A stretch of DNA of 64,000 nt from the human T2T-CHM13v2.0 reference genome, Homo sapiens, in the NCBI RefSeq assembly GCF_009914755.1, contig NC_060925.1; one strand, written 5' to 3'. Positions 14,634 to 31,841 of this stretch are shown in pieces (the stretch's first letter is position 1; each line of letters begins with the position of its first letter). The notes beneath the pieces were generated by a model, which saw only the letters and a program-made list of their open reading frames with translations, was not told the DNA's origin and made no database searches. Made by a program: the position numbers and the translations under genes.

Positions 14634-16769
14634 ACAGTTCTGTTTTGATGTAAGAACGAGGGATTCGGAAAACACTGCATTAAGACCTATTGTCAACAAG
14701 GAGACTTAGTTAGGCAAGTTACTTAGCCTCTCTGAGCCTGTTCCAGCCTCTATAGGATTGACATTAACAATAATGCTACAGATACTGAGAATTATTTTTC
14801 TATGAATAAATAGCAGCCATGAAGATGAAATAAGAAACATATCAAAACACTTTATAAACTTAATAACATCACATATATATGAGAGGGTAGTAGTTATATT
14901 TCTACTAGTAGTTATAGTTATAAAATTTAAATATGGGGACAAGGTTTGACTCTTTATAATCTCCCCCTCATAATTCCCACAGATGTGTCTTATGTTCATT
15001 CTTGTTATTCATATTGTGATCCCACGAGATTAGGAAGATTAATTAGCAGCAATGTGCCCAGCATCACATGGTAAATCAGGTGGTTCAGAGGATAATTTAG
15101 AGTACTGTTCTGTTACCAAACTTAGTAACAGAAGTTTGATTTTTCTGTTGCTAAGAAACAGAATTTTCTTGATTCTGATTTTTTTCTTTAGCGTTGGAAG
15201 GACACTTCTTTAAAAAAAATATTGTAAAAACATTAAATCAAACTCTACTGAGTTAGAATCTGCAATAATTTGAGTGCTGTATGCGTGGTTCTTTTTAAGA
15301 AAACCAATGCTTGTGAAACATATGTAATGGAAAGTCTATTGTGAGTAGTAATTATTTTATTGATGTGCATATTTATGCTACCGGGAATTTTTGTTGAGCT
15401 GTTTGTACTTAAGAGTGAAAAATTACTCTTAGCGAGAAACAATAAAGTATTTGATTGGCTTCAGGGAAGGGAAATACGGGCAACTTTGGGAGAAGAGAAC
15501 TGGAGAGTGGGTGCTATCTTTCTCTTTCCAAGTGGCAAGTCTTCTCCTAGGTAGCTGATTGAGGAGACTAAAATAGATATAATCCTTACTTGTAAATGGA
15601 AGCTATAAGGATTTTAAATTATAAGAGGAGTTGTCAAAGCTAGAGAGTTATGTTAAAAACCTAAGAGTATCAACCTCAAAGCAAGTAAATAAAAAAGAAG
15701 GAGTTTCTCTCTTTTAAGCTGTTCAGAGAATTAAGAAATAATCTTAAGAATCATCCTGGCCATGGATTAATAAAATAATATTAATTCATACATAAAAATT
15801 GGTTTCTTGAGACTGGCTACTTTTTTGTTGAGTGTTTATCCTGTAAGCTTCAATTTTTGTAAATCATCATAATAAATTTTTTAAAAAGGAAGAGGCTGCT
15901 TACCCTCTGTACCGACAGAGTGGGACATATGCCTACATGACCAGGCACTGCTACCCCCTTTTGGTAGCAAACATTAATTTTAAGTTCAGCTTTTAGGGAA
16001 GACAATTTTAAACATATAAAGCAAGCAAAGGAGAAATCATTGCAGTACACTGACTCTGAAGCAAAATAAAGTGAGAAAATGTTGTGAGTGGTCCACAGCT
16101 GAGTATGGCCCACTCCTAGGGAGACTGGCTTGTTAGCATTTCTGGACTGCAGCTGCTGTGGTAAGTAATTTTTGGGTGGCAACTTGGCTGACTTCCTCAT
16201 TGTTGATTGCCTAATCCTGCATTTTCTCATATTAGTCAAGTGTGTCGCTACTGGAATCTTGTCTGACCCTGGAATTTATGAAATCCACTGCTGTGTGGTA
16301 AACACCCAGTCTCCAAACAGCACACAAAACCATCATCCACTGGGTTTTGCCCCCTGATGACTACTTGTTCAACTTGTGTGAATTAAGTTTCCATTCTAAG
16401 AATGAAATTGAAAAACTGACAAGGCCAGATCTGATAGCAAAAGGGTCAGGAGAAATAAAATGTTGTCGTCCTTGACCAGATAGAGTCAATGTTTAAATAT
16501 GATGTAATGATATTGGAAGGTTAAAGTGGACTTAGCCCTTAGATATGAGTTGAGAGAGTTGTGTTGCGTTGTTTTATGACCCTTAAGCTGCCTGACTTCT
16601 TTGAGATTGAAACTTCTTTGGTTTTCTCATCTTTGAGATTGGATGATACTTTTCCTGCGCAATCTTTGAGGTTTATGCATAGCATACTTCTATAGCTATG
16701 GTAAACAGCCTACTGATTTTACTTGCCTACCAAATTGTCATTGTTTTTACTATTCTGTTATTGCTGGGC

Positions 16770-16990
16770 ATAACGGCTAAGAGCTATAAATTGGCGAGAC
16801 CTGGGGTGAAATCTTGATTTTTCTACTTACTATTTGTGTTGGGAAAAATACCATAATTTCTCTGAGCTAAAGCAAGGGCAGTAATAACACCTATCTTACA
16901 GGGTCTAGAGGAGGATGAAATGAGTCAATTAGCTGAACTCAGCATAATGCCTATCACATAGTAAGCTCTCAATAAATATTTGCCATTATT
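16770..16990 (+). mobile_element. MIR
   Basis: AGACCTGGGGTGAAATCTTG...AATAACACCTATCTTACAGGG...CACATAGTAAGCTCTCAATAAATATT. Confidence 0.65.
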
Positions 16991-18149
16991 GTGACAAATT
17001 GAGAGACGGCAAACTTATCCGGATAAGTCTTAATTACTGACACATTCATGCTGGACTATTTTTTATTCCAAATCAGTTTCTTTTTCCTCAATAGTGGACT
17101 TGGGACCATTTGTCCTATTTGTCTCAATTCTCAATTGTTGTTTGCTTGTGTGTAAATAACATAATATAATCCAAGTGTCCCTATTGCATCAAATTTACCT
17201 TGGCATTCTCAGATACAAATGTTCATTCAAAGAAAATAAATAAGAAAGGCTGGGTTGATTAAATTTCTTTTTGGCTCATTGACTGATTTTCTTTGGTCCT
17301 AGCCTGATTTCTTTAGGCTTTGGGCAACATGATGAGGAACAATATACCTGCAGACTTACAAGGAAGCTCAGGAACTCCATCAGGCGGTAGGATTTAGGAA
17401 GCTGGACTTGAACCAAAGGAAGGCTATTAGAGAAGGATGAGTATCTTGGGGGGTTATCAAAAATGTTGTGATAAAAGTTTTGAACTCTAAGGAAACCTGA
17501 ATTCTTAACCTGCCTTTTCTAGCTACATGATCTTGGCCAAGTCACTTAACTTCTGTGAACCTTAGTTTCCTAAATTAGAGTCATCAATTCCTGTCGTGCT
17601 CTTCTCCCCCATGGGTAAACATGTTTTAGTGTATTAGACGTTAGATAAATAGAAAGGATTGTGATTTCTATCCTGCATAGCTGGAGACACATACTAGAAA
17701 GCATGCACCTGCTCAGGTTATTGTCTAAAGTGGCTGTGTGGCTGCTGTTGCCAGAATTAATGCTTGTCTTCTTATATGTAGCAGAGTTTGCTCTTCTTTT
17801 ACAGTTGGATGCCTTATTTAATTAGTGGCTATGTTTTTTTCTCCTATGTTTTACTTACACGAACTTTAAGAAATGTGGATGATGGGAAAGGAGGAACATA
17901 AGAGACAGACAAGATTACATTAGCCAAACTATTTTTAAATGGTTCTCTGGAAGCCTAGTATGAACATGGTCCATGTGTGTCTGTGTCTACGCACACTGTG
18001 TGTGCCAATTCCCCATTCTCAGCCTTCTGAGGTTCGTGAGGTCATGCTTACCTATTTCTTCTTTCAGGGAATGAAAGTTGGCAGAAATAGAGGGAATCCA
18101 TCCATTAAATATTTGTAACCAATATTTATGATTTTGGTTAAATATTTTT

Positions 18150-19221
<1,072 letters not shown>

Positions 19222-19868
19222 TTATAAAAATAGTGGAACTCTTAACCAAAGGCAACTCTGTTTTCTGCTTTTCCTTAACACAACTTATCTCATTTTTTCA
19301 GAGCTTTTAATTAGAATTCATAATACTTGCCTGTTGAGAAATGCTTCTTCCCTTTGAATACTTAGGAATTTTTCTTTCAACCACTGGAAAACAAATCCCA
19401 GACTAAATTCTGGGCCCTAATTTAATTCTAATCCACTTTCAGTTATCCCCCTAACAATGTCTACATAATTTATACTTCTGCATGAACTTATTACAAGGCC
19501 ACTTCTTTCTATAGTGTATGTACATTCAGGTTTATGCACTGATAGAAGTAGCATGTTACACTTGAAAAAAATAGACATTCTAAATTTCTGTCTCAAATGT
19601 TTCCCTTGTTTGCAATATCATTTTAGTCATTTTTTTGCTCATATTTGCACATATGCATTGGTATATTCAGTCGAATGTCTATTGATTATCTACTATATGC
19701 CAGCTACTGTGCTAGATTCTGGTGGAGAAGACATCAACAAATAAATAAAAATGGTATAATAAGGGCTACCATAGAGGTATGGACAGATTATGCTATAGTG
19801 CAATAAAATCCACCAGGAAAGGCCTTGCCAAGTGTTTGAAGTTTGCATTGAATCCTAAAAGGTAGTAA

Positions 19869-20639
<771 letters not shown>

Positions 20640-23600
20640 TAAGATGAGGCTGCAGGGGAGAAATCATGGAAAGCTTTGGACTTATCCATTCATTCATTAA
20701 TAAACATTAATTAGGTACCTGCTATGTTCCAAGTACTAGAAGTTGGGACTTCAAAGATGAGCAAACCACAGGTGCTAGAGTATAGTAAAAGGCAGTAACA
20801 GAGCTGTGTACAAAGTGTAAGGAAACTCAAAGGGGGCACTTCTATCCCAAATGAATAGAGTGGATGGAAAGAAAATCTGCAAAGGATTATTCGTGATGAC
20901 CCCTGAACTTCGTCTTCAAAGGGGAATAAGCACTAATCAGTCAATGGATGATGAAGTGGAAGGACAGAGTTTTTGTCACAAGCAAAAGCCTTGAGGCAAG
21001 AAACCATAGGGTGCTTGCACAGAATTAGAAGTGGTTTAGTGTTGGTGGATTTAAGTACTAGGCGAAGAATGAGACTGATATGACGGACACAGTCTTTTGT
21101 GCCATTTTAAAGATTGTAGACTTTATCCTGAGGAAGACAAGGCACCACTGATGGGCTTTAAGCTGCAGGGAACCTGCTAGATCCCTCTGATGCATGGGAA
21201 AGGTGGATTCAAGAGAGTCAAGGCAGGAAGTGAGTGAGAACAGACTTGCCAAGCCAAAGAAGATGAAGGCCCGAATGAGGGCTGTGGCAGTAGGAATAGA
21301 GGGGAGGCAACTCATCTTTAAAATATTTAAGAGGTAAAATATTTGTAGGACTTGATGATTGATCAGGATGGGAGAATTGAGGGAAAGGAATCAAGAGGAA
21401 GGCCAGGCTAAGGCAAGTCACTTTTTCTGGGCTTCTGGTTCTTTGTGTTTAAATGAGTGGGCTGGACCAGGATTGACGCACACATCCCTCCCAGTTCTGA
21501 AGTCCCGTGATTCTGGGCAGCCTTTCTCTGGGCGCAGAGAAAGGAAGCTCTATGATACATGGGTGTTCTCACCACAGCTTAGATAGTTGCTTAAAAGAGA
21601 CTCATAGTTTCTCAGCTTCTCTGACAGCTTCTCAGGATGGGAGGTGGCAGGCAGAGCTGAGATGGCTTTAGAACTGCCAGCCAATGCAGGGAAATCTAGT
21701 GCGGTTACCAGGTAGCCGGAGTTATAATTAGCCTCGTTGCTAGGGCAAGGCTGAGATTCTGTAAGCATGGACTGCCAGCAACAGCTTTTCCCTGCTGGGT
21801 GAATTTACTTGTTTGAAAGAACAAAGTGGGTATGGATGGGGTGTTTTTAAATGTGTTTTAGATAATTTAAATTTTGCCCTAGGTATAGGATATGTTTAAA
21901 GCAGAAAACAGGTTTGTGTTGGGGCTGATCAACATCTTGCCTGGGGCAGAAGGAGTGAGGAAAAATTCCACTCTGTTATATGTTTGGATAGCTGGAAAGA
22001 GACTTACTTTCACCTGAAGGAAGATAAGTAAGAACATAAAATCATTATTCAGAGGTAGAGAGGATCTTGAAGATAATCTACATAATCCTTTCACTTTTTA
22101 AGAAAACCATTTATTTAAAAATAATTTTAGACTTATAGCAAAGTTATAAAAATAGTACAGAGTGTTCCCATATGCCATTCACTCAGCTTCCTCTAAAGAA
22201 TAAACCCTTCATTTTAAAGATAAGATGACTAAAGCTCAGAATAGTAATTTGCCTAACGTCACACGGTAAATTAGTAGCCAAGCTGAGACTAGAATCCAGG
22301 AGCCCTAACTACCTGTTCAGGCTGCTTACAATGACCTCTGGGACCTTCAACAAAAATTCAAGAAATGTAAGTGCTTGTCAGAACTTAGTTTTTCTTTCTT
22401 TTTGCATTACTGGGCTAAAATAGAACTCACACAGCAGGAGCTAGAGTAATTACAGAGAGATGAATCTGCACTCTGTGCCTACTGCCAAAAGAAAAGGTTT
22501 AGTTCCTCAGCCTCCTCAGGAGTTTCATCCATATGTTTTCAAAAGTCACCGTGAACATATTTTTCTCTTTTGCCTTGCTCCCTGCTCTGGCTTTTGCCAT
22601 CTCATCTGATCAAGTTCAACTGCACAGAGAGAGGAGGCTCTATGATACATGGAGTAGGCACAGAGCGAGGCTGGTGCAAACTGGAAAGGGGCCCGCCCTA
22701 TCATGTTCAATAGCAGCTAATCCACCCACACACCGACAGCAGTGATCCGACTTGGTACATGCCGTTCTGTGGAGAGCTAAGTAATAGTCATGTGGCTTTT
22801 TGCCAAGCAACTTTAGAAGTGACATTGGGCCACAGTGGGCAGTTACTATCCCTGTTATTTAGAAACTTGGCTTGATGAAGTGGGGAGTGAATGCAAGGCA
22901 CAAGCTGCATTGTAATGCCAGCTTTTCATATCCCAGCCTCATGTAAGCCCTGCTGCTGCAAAGGGCTACAAGCCACCTCTTCATGCACACAGGGCTTTAG
23001 AAAGCCCACCCAGAGGCTTGGGAAGAGGAAGCCCTTCTTTAAGGTGCCTGGATGAGCGGCAGGGAGGCTGCCAGCATGATGGCTATGATCTGGAGCTGCA
23101 GAAAGAGGGTCTAGGCACTGGTCAAGGGCCTGAAGTCAGCCAGTTCTTTCAGGTCACTTTTTCTTGGTAAGTCTCAGATCTTCTCCCTGAGACCACACAG
23201 GTAGCTTCCTCTATCAGAGTTACTCCGTGAGACCTCACACTCCAGATTCTTATCAGTCAAGCTCAGTATCTGCTCAACACAAAAGTAAATCTAGTCTTGC
23301 CCACTGTGAACTCCGAAAATTTGAGACAGGTCTCAGTAAATTTAGAAAGTTTATTTTGCCAAGGTTGAGGACACATGCCCCTGGCATAGCCTCAGGAAGT
23401 CTTTATGACATGTGACCAAGGTGTTTGGGGCACAGCTTGGTTTTGTACATTCTAGGGAGACATGAGACATCAATCAATGTATGTAAGAAGTACCTTGGTT
23501 CGGTCTGGAAAGGCGGGACAACTTGAAGCAAAGGCAGGAAAACTTGCAGTGGGGGAGGCGGCTTCTAGGTCACAGAAGAGAGACAAAAGGTTGCATTCTT

Positions 23601-24095
23601 TTGAGTTTCTAATTAGCCTTTCCAAAGGAGGCAATCAGATATGCATTTATCTCAGTGAGCAGAGAGATAACTTTGAATAGAATGGGAGGCAGGTTTGCCC
23701 TAAACAGTTTCCAGCTTGAGTTTTCCTTTTATTTTTTGTATTTTCATTTCCATAGGTTATTGGGGAACAGATGGTGTTTGGTTACATGAGTAATTTCTTT
23801 AGTGGTGATTTGTGAGATTTTGGTGCACCCATCACCCAAGCAGTATATACTGCACCCTATTTGTGATCTTTTATCCCTCACCCACTTCCCACCCTTTCCC
23901 CTTGAGTCCCCAAAGTCCACTGTGTCATTCTTATGCCTTTGTATCCTTATAGCTTAGCTCCCACTTATGAGTGAGAACATACAATGTTTGGTTTTCCTTT
24001 CCTGCCTTACTTCACTTAGAATGATAGTCTCCAATCTCATCCAGATCATTGTGAATGCGTTAATTTATTCCTTTTATTGGCTGAGTAGTATTCTA

Positions 24096-24098
<3 letters not shown>

Positions 24099-24151
<53 letters not shown>

Positions 24152-24180
24152 ATCATATATATATATATGTGTGTGTATAC
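24099..24180. repeat. (TA)n microsatellite in the L1 3' region
   Basis: About 25 uninterrupted TA units followed by TA/TG degenerate run. Confidence 0.95.
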
Positions 24181-26578
24181 ACACCACAGTTACTTTATCC
24201 ACTCATTGATTGGTGGGCACTTGGGTTGGTTCCACGTTTTTGCAGTTGTGAACTGTGCTGCTATACGTATGCGTGTTCAAGTATCTTTTTTGTATAATGA
24301 CTTCTTTTCCTCTAGGTAGATACCCTGTAGTGGGATTGCTGGATCAAATGGTAGTTCTACTTTTAGTTTTTTAAGGAATCTCCACATTGTTTTCCATAGT
24401 GGCTGTACTAGTTTACATTCCCACAAGCAGTGTAGAAGTGTTCCCTGTTCACTGCATCCACATCCATATCTACTATTTTTTTATTTTTTTGATTATGGCC
24501 AGTCTTGCAGGAGTAAGGTGGTATCACATTGTGGTTTTGATTTGCATTTCCCTGATTATTAGCGATGTTGAGCCTTTTTTCATATGTTTGTTGGCCATTT
24601 GTATATCTTCTTTTGAGAACTGTCTATTCATGTCCTTAGCCCACTTTATGATGGGATTGTTTGTTTTTTCTTGCTGATTTGTTTGAGCTTGTTGTAGATT
24701 CTGGATGTTAGTCCTTTGTCAGATGTACAGACTGTGAAGATTTTCTCCCACTCTGTGGGTTGTCTGTTTACTCTGCTGACTGTTCCTTTTGCCGTGCAAA
24801 AGCTCTTTAGTTTAATTAAGTCCCAGCTGTTTGTCTTTGTTTTTATTGCATTTGCTTTTGGGTTCTTGGTCATGAAATCCTTGCCTAAGCCAATGTCTAT
24901 AAGGGTTTTTTCGATGATACCTTCTAGAATTTTTATAGTTTCAGAACTTAGATTTAAATCCTTAATCCATCTTGAGCTGATTTCTGTGTAAGGTGAGAGA
25001 TGAGGATCCAGTTTAGTTCTCTTACATGTGGCTAGCCAATTATCCCAGCACCATTTGTTGAAAAGGGTGTCCTTTCCCCACTTTATGTTTTTGTTTGCTT
25101 TGTCGAAGATCAGTTGGCTGTAAGTATTTGAGTTTATTTATGGGTTATCTATTCTGTTCCATTGGTCTCTGTGCCTATTTTTATGCCAGTATCATGCTGT
25201 TTTGGTGACTATGGCCTTATAGTATAGTTTGAAATCAGGTAATGTGATGCCTATAGATTTATTCTTTTTGCTTAGTCTTTCTTTGGCTATGCGGGCTCCT
25301 TTTTGGTTCCATATGAGTTTTAGAATTGTTTTTTCTAATTCTGTAAAGAATGATGGCGGTATTTTGAAGGGAATTGTGTTAAATTTGTAGATTGCTTTTG
25401 GCAGTATGGTCATTTTCACAATATTGATTCTACCCATCCATGAGCATGGGATGTGTTTCCATTCATTTGTGTCGTCTATGATTTCCTTCGGCAGTGTTTT
25501 GTAGTTTTCCTTGTAGAGGTCTTTCACCTCCTTGGTTAGGTATATTCCTAAGTATTTTATTTTATTTTATTTTTTGCAGCTGTTGTAAAAGGGGTTGAGT
25601 TCTTGATTTGATTCTCAGCTTGGTCGCTGTTGGTGTATAGAAGAGCTACTGATTCGCATGCATTAATTTTGTATCCAGAAATTTTGCTGAATTGTTTTAT
25701 GAGTTCTAGGAGCTTTCTGGAGGACTCTAGGATTTTCTAAGTAAACAATAATATCATCAGCAAATAGTGACAGTTTGACTTCCTCTATAACAATTTGGAT
25801 CCCCTTTATTTCTTTCTCTTGTCTTGCTCTGGCTAGGACTTCCAGAACTATGTTGAAGAGGAGTGGTGTGAGTGGGCATCCTTGTCTTGTTTCAGTTCTC
25901 AGAGGAAATGCTTTTAACTTTTCCCCCAGTCATTATTACGTTGGCCGTGGGTTTGTCATAGATGGCTTTTATTACATTGAGATATGTCCCTTGTATGCTG
26001 ATTTTGCTGAGAGTTTTAATCATAAGGGGATGCTGGATTTTGTCAAATGCTTATTCTGCATCTATTGAGATGATCATGGTGATTTTTGTTTTTAATTTTG
26101 TTTATGTGGTGTACCACATTTATTGACTTGCGTATGTTAAACCTCCCTGCATCCCTGGTATGAAACCCACTTGATCACGGTGGATTATATTTTTGATATG
26201 TTGTTGGATTCGGTTAGCTAGTATTTTGTTAAGGATTTTAGTATCGATGTTCATCAAGGATATTGGTCTGCAGTTTTCTTTTTTGGTTATGTCCTTTTCT
26301 GGTTTTGGTATTAGGGTGATGCTGGCTTCATAGAATGATTTAGGGAGGGTTCCCTCTTTCTCAATCCTATGAAATAGTGTCAATAGGATTGGTACCAATT
26401 CTTTGAATGCCTGGTTACATTCTGCTGTGAATCCATCCGGTCCTGGACTTTTTTTGTTGGTAATGTTTACATTACCATTTCAATCTTGTTGCTTGTTATT
26501 GGTCTGTTCAGAGTATCTAATTCTTCCTGATTTAAGCTAGGAGGGTTGTATCTTTCCAGGAATTTATCCATCTCTTCT

Positions 26579-27311
<733 letters not shown>

Positions 27312-28165
27312 AGCTTTATTTATCTTTTCAAAGAACCAGGTTTTCATTTCATTTATCTTTTGTATTTTTTGTTTGTTTGTTTCAGTTTCATTTAGTTCTG
27401 CTCTGATCTTGGTTATTTCCTTTCTTCTGCTGGTTTGGGTTTGGTTTGTTCTTGTTTCTCTAGTTCCTTGAAGTGTGACCTTTGATTGTCTGTTTGTGCT
27501 CTTTTAGACTTTTTGATGTAGGTGTTTAGGAATATGAACTTTCCTTTTAGCACTGACTTTGCTGTATTCCAGAAGTTTTGATAGGTTGTATCACTATTTT
27601 TGTTCAATTTGAAGATTTTTTTAATTTCCATCTCGATTTCATGATCATTCAGGAGCAGGTTAATTTCCATGTATTTGCATGGTTTTGAAAGCTCCTTTTG
27701 GAGTTGATTTCCAGTTTTATTCCACTGTGGTCTGAGAGAGTGCTTGATATAATTTCAATTTTCTTAAATTTATTGCGGCTTGTTTTGTGGCCTACCATGT
27801 GGTCTATCTTGGAGAAAGTTCCAGGCACTGTTGAATAGAATGTATATTCTGCAGTTGTTGGATGGAATGTTCTGTATATATGTCTTAAGTCCATGTGTTC
27901 CAGGGTATAGTTTAAATCCATTGTTTCTTTGTTGACTTTCTGTCTCATTGGCCTGTCTAGTGCTGTCAGTGACATATTGAAGTCCCCCACTATTATTGTG
28001 TTACTGTCTATCTCATTTCTTAGGTCTATTAGTGATGGTTTTATAAATTTGGGAGCTCCAGTGTTAGGTGCATATATGTTTAGGATTGTGATATTTTCCT
28101 GTTGGACAAGGCCTTTTATCATTATATAATGCCGCTCTTTGTCTTTTTTAACTGCAATTTCTTTA

Positions 28166-28582
<417 letters not shown>

Positions 28583-31500
28583 TTATGTGTTAGGTGAGTC
28601 TCTTAAAGGCAGCAGATAGTTGGTCGGTTAATTCTTATCCATTCTGCAATTCCGTATCTTTTAAGTGGCGCATTTCGGCCATTTACATTCAATGTTAGTA
28701 TTGGGATGTGAGGTACCATTCCGTTCATTGTGCTTTTTGTTGCCTGTATACCTTGGTTTTTTGGGTTTTGTTTTTGTTTTTTTGAATTGTATTTTTGTTT
28801 TATAGGTCCTGTGAGATTTATATTTTAAAGAGGTTCTGTTTTGATGTGTTTCCAGGTTTTGTTTCAAGATTTGAAGCTTCTTTTAGCAATTCTTGTAGCG
28901 CTGGCATGGTAGTGGCAAATTCTCTCAGCATTTGTTTGTCTGAAAAATACTGTATCTTCTCTTCGTATATGAAGCTTAGTTTCACTGGATACAAAATTCT
29001 CAGCTAATAATTGTTTTGTTTTAGGATGCTGAAGATAGGGGCCCAATCCCTTCTGGCTTGTAGGATTCCTGCTGAGAAATCTGCTGTTAATCTGACAGGT
29101 TTTCCTTCATAGGTTACTGGGTTCTTTTGTCTCACAGCTCTTAAGATTCTTTCTTTTGTCTTAACTTTAGATAACCTGATGACAATGTGCCTAGGTGACG
29201 ATCTCTTTGCAATAAATTTCCCAGGTGTTCTTTGTGCTTCTTGTATTTGTTTAGGTCTCTAGCAAGGTTGGGGAAATTTTCCTCAATTATTCCCCCAAAT
29301 ATGTTTTTCAAACTTTTAGATTTCTCTTCTTCCTCAGCAATGCCAATTATTCTTAGGTTTGGTCATTTAACATAATCCCAGAGTTTTTGGAGGCTTTGTT
29401 CATATTTTCTTATTTGTTTTTCTTTGTCTTTGTTGGATTGGGTCAAATTGAAGACTTTGTGTTCAAGCTCTGAATTTCTTTCTTCTACTTGTTTGATTCT
29501 ATGGCTGAGACTTTCCAGACCATTTTGCATTTCTATAAGTAAATACTAACACAGTATTTGGTGTGTCTCCTGGGTCCTGCAGGAGCCATCTGCTTCCTTC
29601 AGGGGGCCTGTGGGTCCTCTGAGGTTTTGTAATTTATTCCTCCAGTCGTTCTGGAGCAAAAATTCATGATACGAGCCTCCACATGCTTCTCTGTCCATCC
29701 GAGTCGGAGCTGCAATCTAGTCCTGACTTCCATCCAGCATGATCCTGAGTTTTCCTTTTAGCTTAGTGATTTTGGGAGCCCAAGATATTTTCCTTTCCCA
29801 CCCACCTAGCACAGTTGTATTGATGACAACAGGGTTGTCAACTCTCTACTTCAAAAATCAGGAAGTGCTGGGTCCAGAGCTGGATTCCCAGAGTCTTCCT
29901 GTAGCAGAAATCAAATGAAGGTGGTGAACTTCTGGGACTCAGAGGAGCAGATCCCTTAGAGGTGGGGAGCAGTATTGTACTAAGGCTTGTTCTTTCCAAC
30001 CCCTTCTAGTCTGTGGGATTGTGGGGAAGCTCAGCTTGCTGACAAAACCATTTGGAGCCTCAGAAGACTAGGAGGCAGGTTAGTAATAACCAGTCCCTGC
30101 CATCTTCTGTGAAGCTGGGGTGAGAGCAGACAGGTTCCTTCAGCTGTGTGGAAGCTTGGTTCTGTAGGGAGCACATAAAAGGGCTGGAGAGAATTGCTGC
30201 AGTTAGAGGATGGTGATGTCAATTAGGAATGGAATTCCACCTGACGCTTTCTGAGTTGGCCTTCAACTGCTAGCTTCCAAATTTCTACCTCCCGTCTCCT
30301 TCCTCCTGTTTTCTCTACTGCTGCAAGGGGACAGGGTCTTAACCAGTGCCTAACGTTCTTGATGTAAGGTGCAGGAAAATAAATGGTTATAAGGAAAGCA
30401 GCCTGAGGACTCCTTCCCTATAATTTGCAGCTACTTTATCTGCAGAAGAGGTTTCTAGACCCAGGTCTTGTCCCATCTTCTGGTATTAAATTCTTCCTAC
30501 TCTTAGGCCCTTTCTGTCCTTCTTTGCCCCATATCCTCCCCCCACTTTTCCCAAATTCACTCATGCACATGGCAAGTAAACGCTAAACACTTCCCATTTA
30601 AATGCTATAGAGGAAGAAATCTGTTTTGTGTTTACTGTGTGCCAGGCACCATGTTATGCATCTTACACATATTTAATTTCAACCATATAATAGTCCTATG
30701 AAGTGGGTGTCTTGTTCCCATTTTTCACAGGATGAAATTTGCCATCAATAGGCTCAGGGAGAGTACCTGGTATCCCAGCAGCCGTGTGGCCTCATTCTAC
30801 AGTTAAGCAAGGCTTTGGTACATTCTTTAGAATTTAGTTAGTAACTCTTTCAAATGCAAATGATGTTTTCCAGTGAATAACTACATTGTGTTATTCACTG
30901 GAGAGAAAGAAAGGACTCTAGTAAAATGATATTTACTTTCGTAGTGACTTTTGCCAAGATTGTGGCAGGAAGGGGTGGCATTGTCTCATTGAGGTACCTG
31001 CAGTACAAGGTGGCATTGACCTCATTTTTACTCTTAAAACAGGTGCAACTTGCCGTGTGCAATGTGCCTGGGCTGTCCTTATCTGTATAGGTTGCCCTGT
31101 TAGGCTTGTGCTGAGTCTGGTTTGGAACTCTAGAATTCAGAGGAAATAGGAAATTCATTAAACCAAACTAAAAAGGTTAGAAAATGAGGCTTATGTGAAA
31201 AGGGCAATGGAATTGGGATTTTTACTTTGGGGGAAAACAGACTTACAGGTGACCTAATAGTGCCTTTTAGGTACTGAAGTCTCAATATGTGACAAGTGGT
31301 AATTAGTTATTCTCTGTCCCTGCCGAGGATAAGAATAGGTCAATCCTAGTTTAAACTAAACATTAGTCTTCATTCATTTAAAAATATGTACTAAGCCCCT
31401 ACTGTGTTCTAGATTCTATTGGAGGTGACTGGAGTATATATCAATATATTCATGTATAAGTCTTTGTTTTATTTCTTTTGGGTAAATACCCAGTAGTGGA

Positions 31501-31841
31501 ACTGTTAGGTCATATAATAAGCACATACAGGCATTCCCATCCTCATAGAACTTATAGTCTGTCATGAGTAGACAGAAAATAAACAATAAATATTATAAAT
31601 AAAGTATGTAGAATGTTGGAAAGTGAAAGTCCTCTTGGGGCAAGGGAAGGAGAGCATTTAAATGCTTCCCATTTATTTCTGATCAGCTCTTGATAGAAAA
31701 AAAATTGCTCCCTATTTAAATCCTATGGAAGAAGAAATCCATTTAGTGTTTACTATAAGCCAGGCACCATGTTATGCATTTTACACATATTTAATCTCAA
31801 TCAAGTAATAGTCCTACGAAGTGGGGGTCTTGCCCCACTTC

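Noticed and set aside
21490-21562. H/ACA snoRNA reading of the hairpin followed by ACA
   Set aside because: No convincing 5' hairpin, H box or pseudouridylation pocket; kept only as an unexplained repeat.
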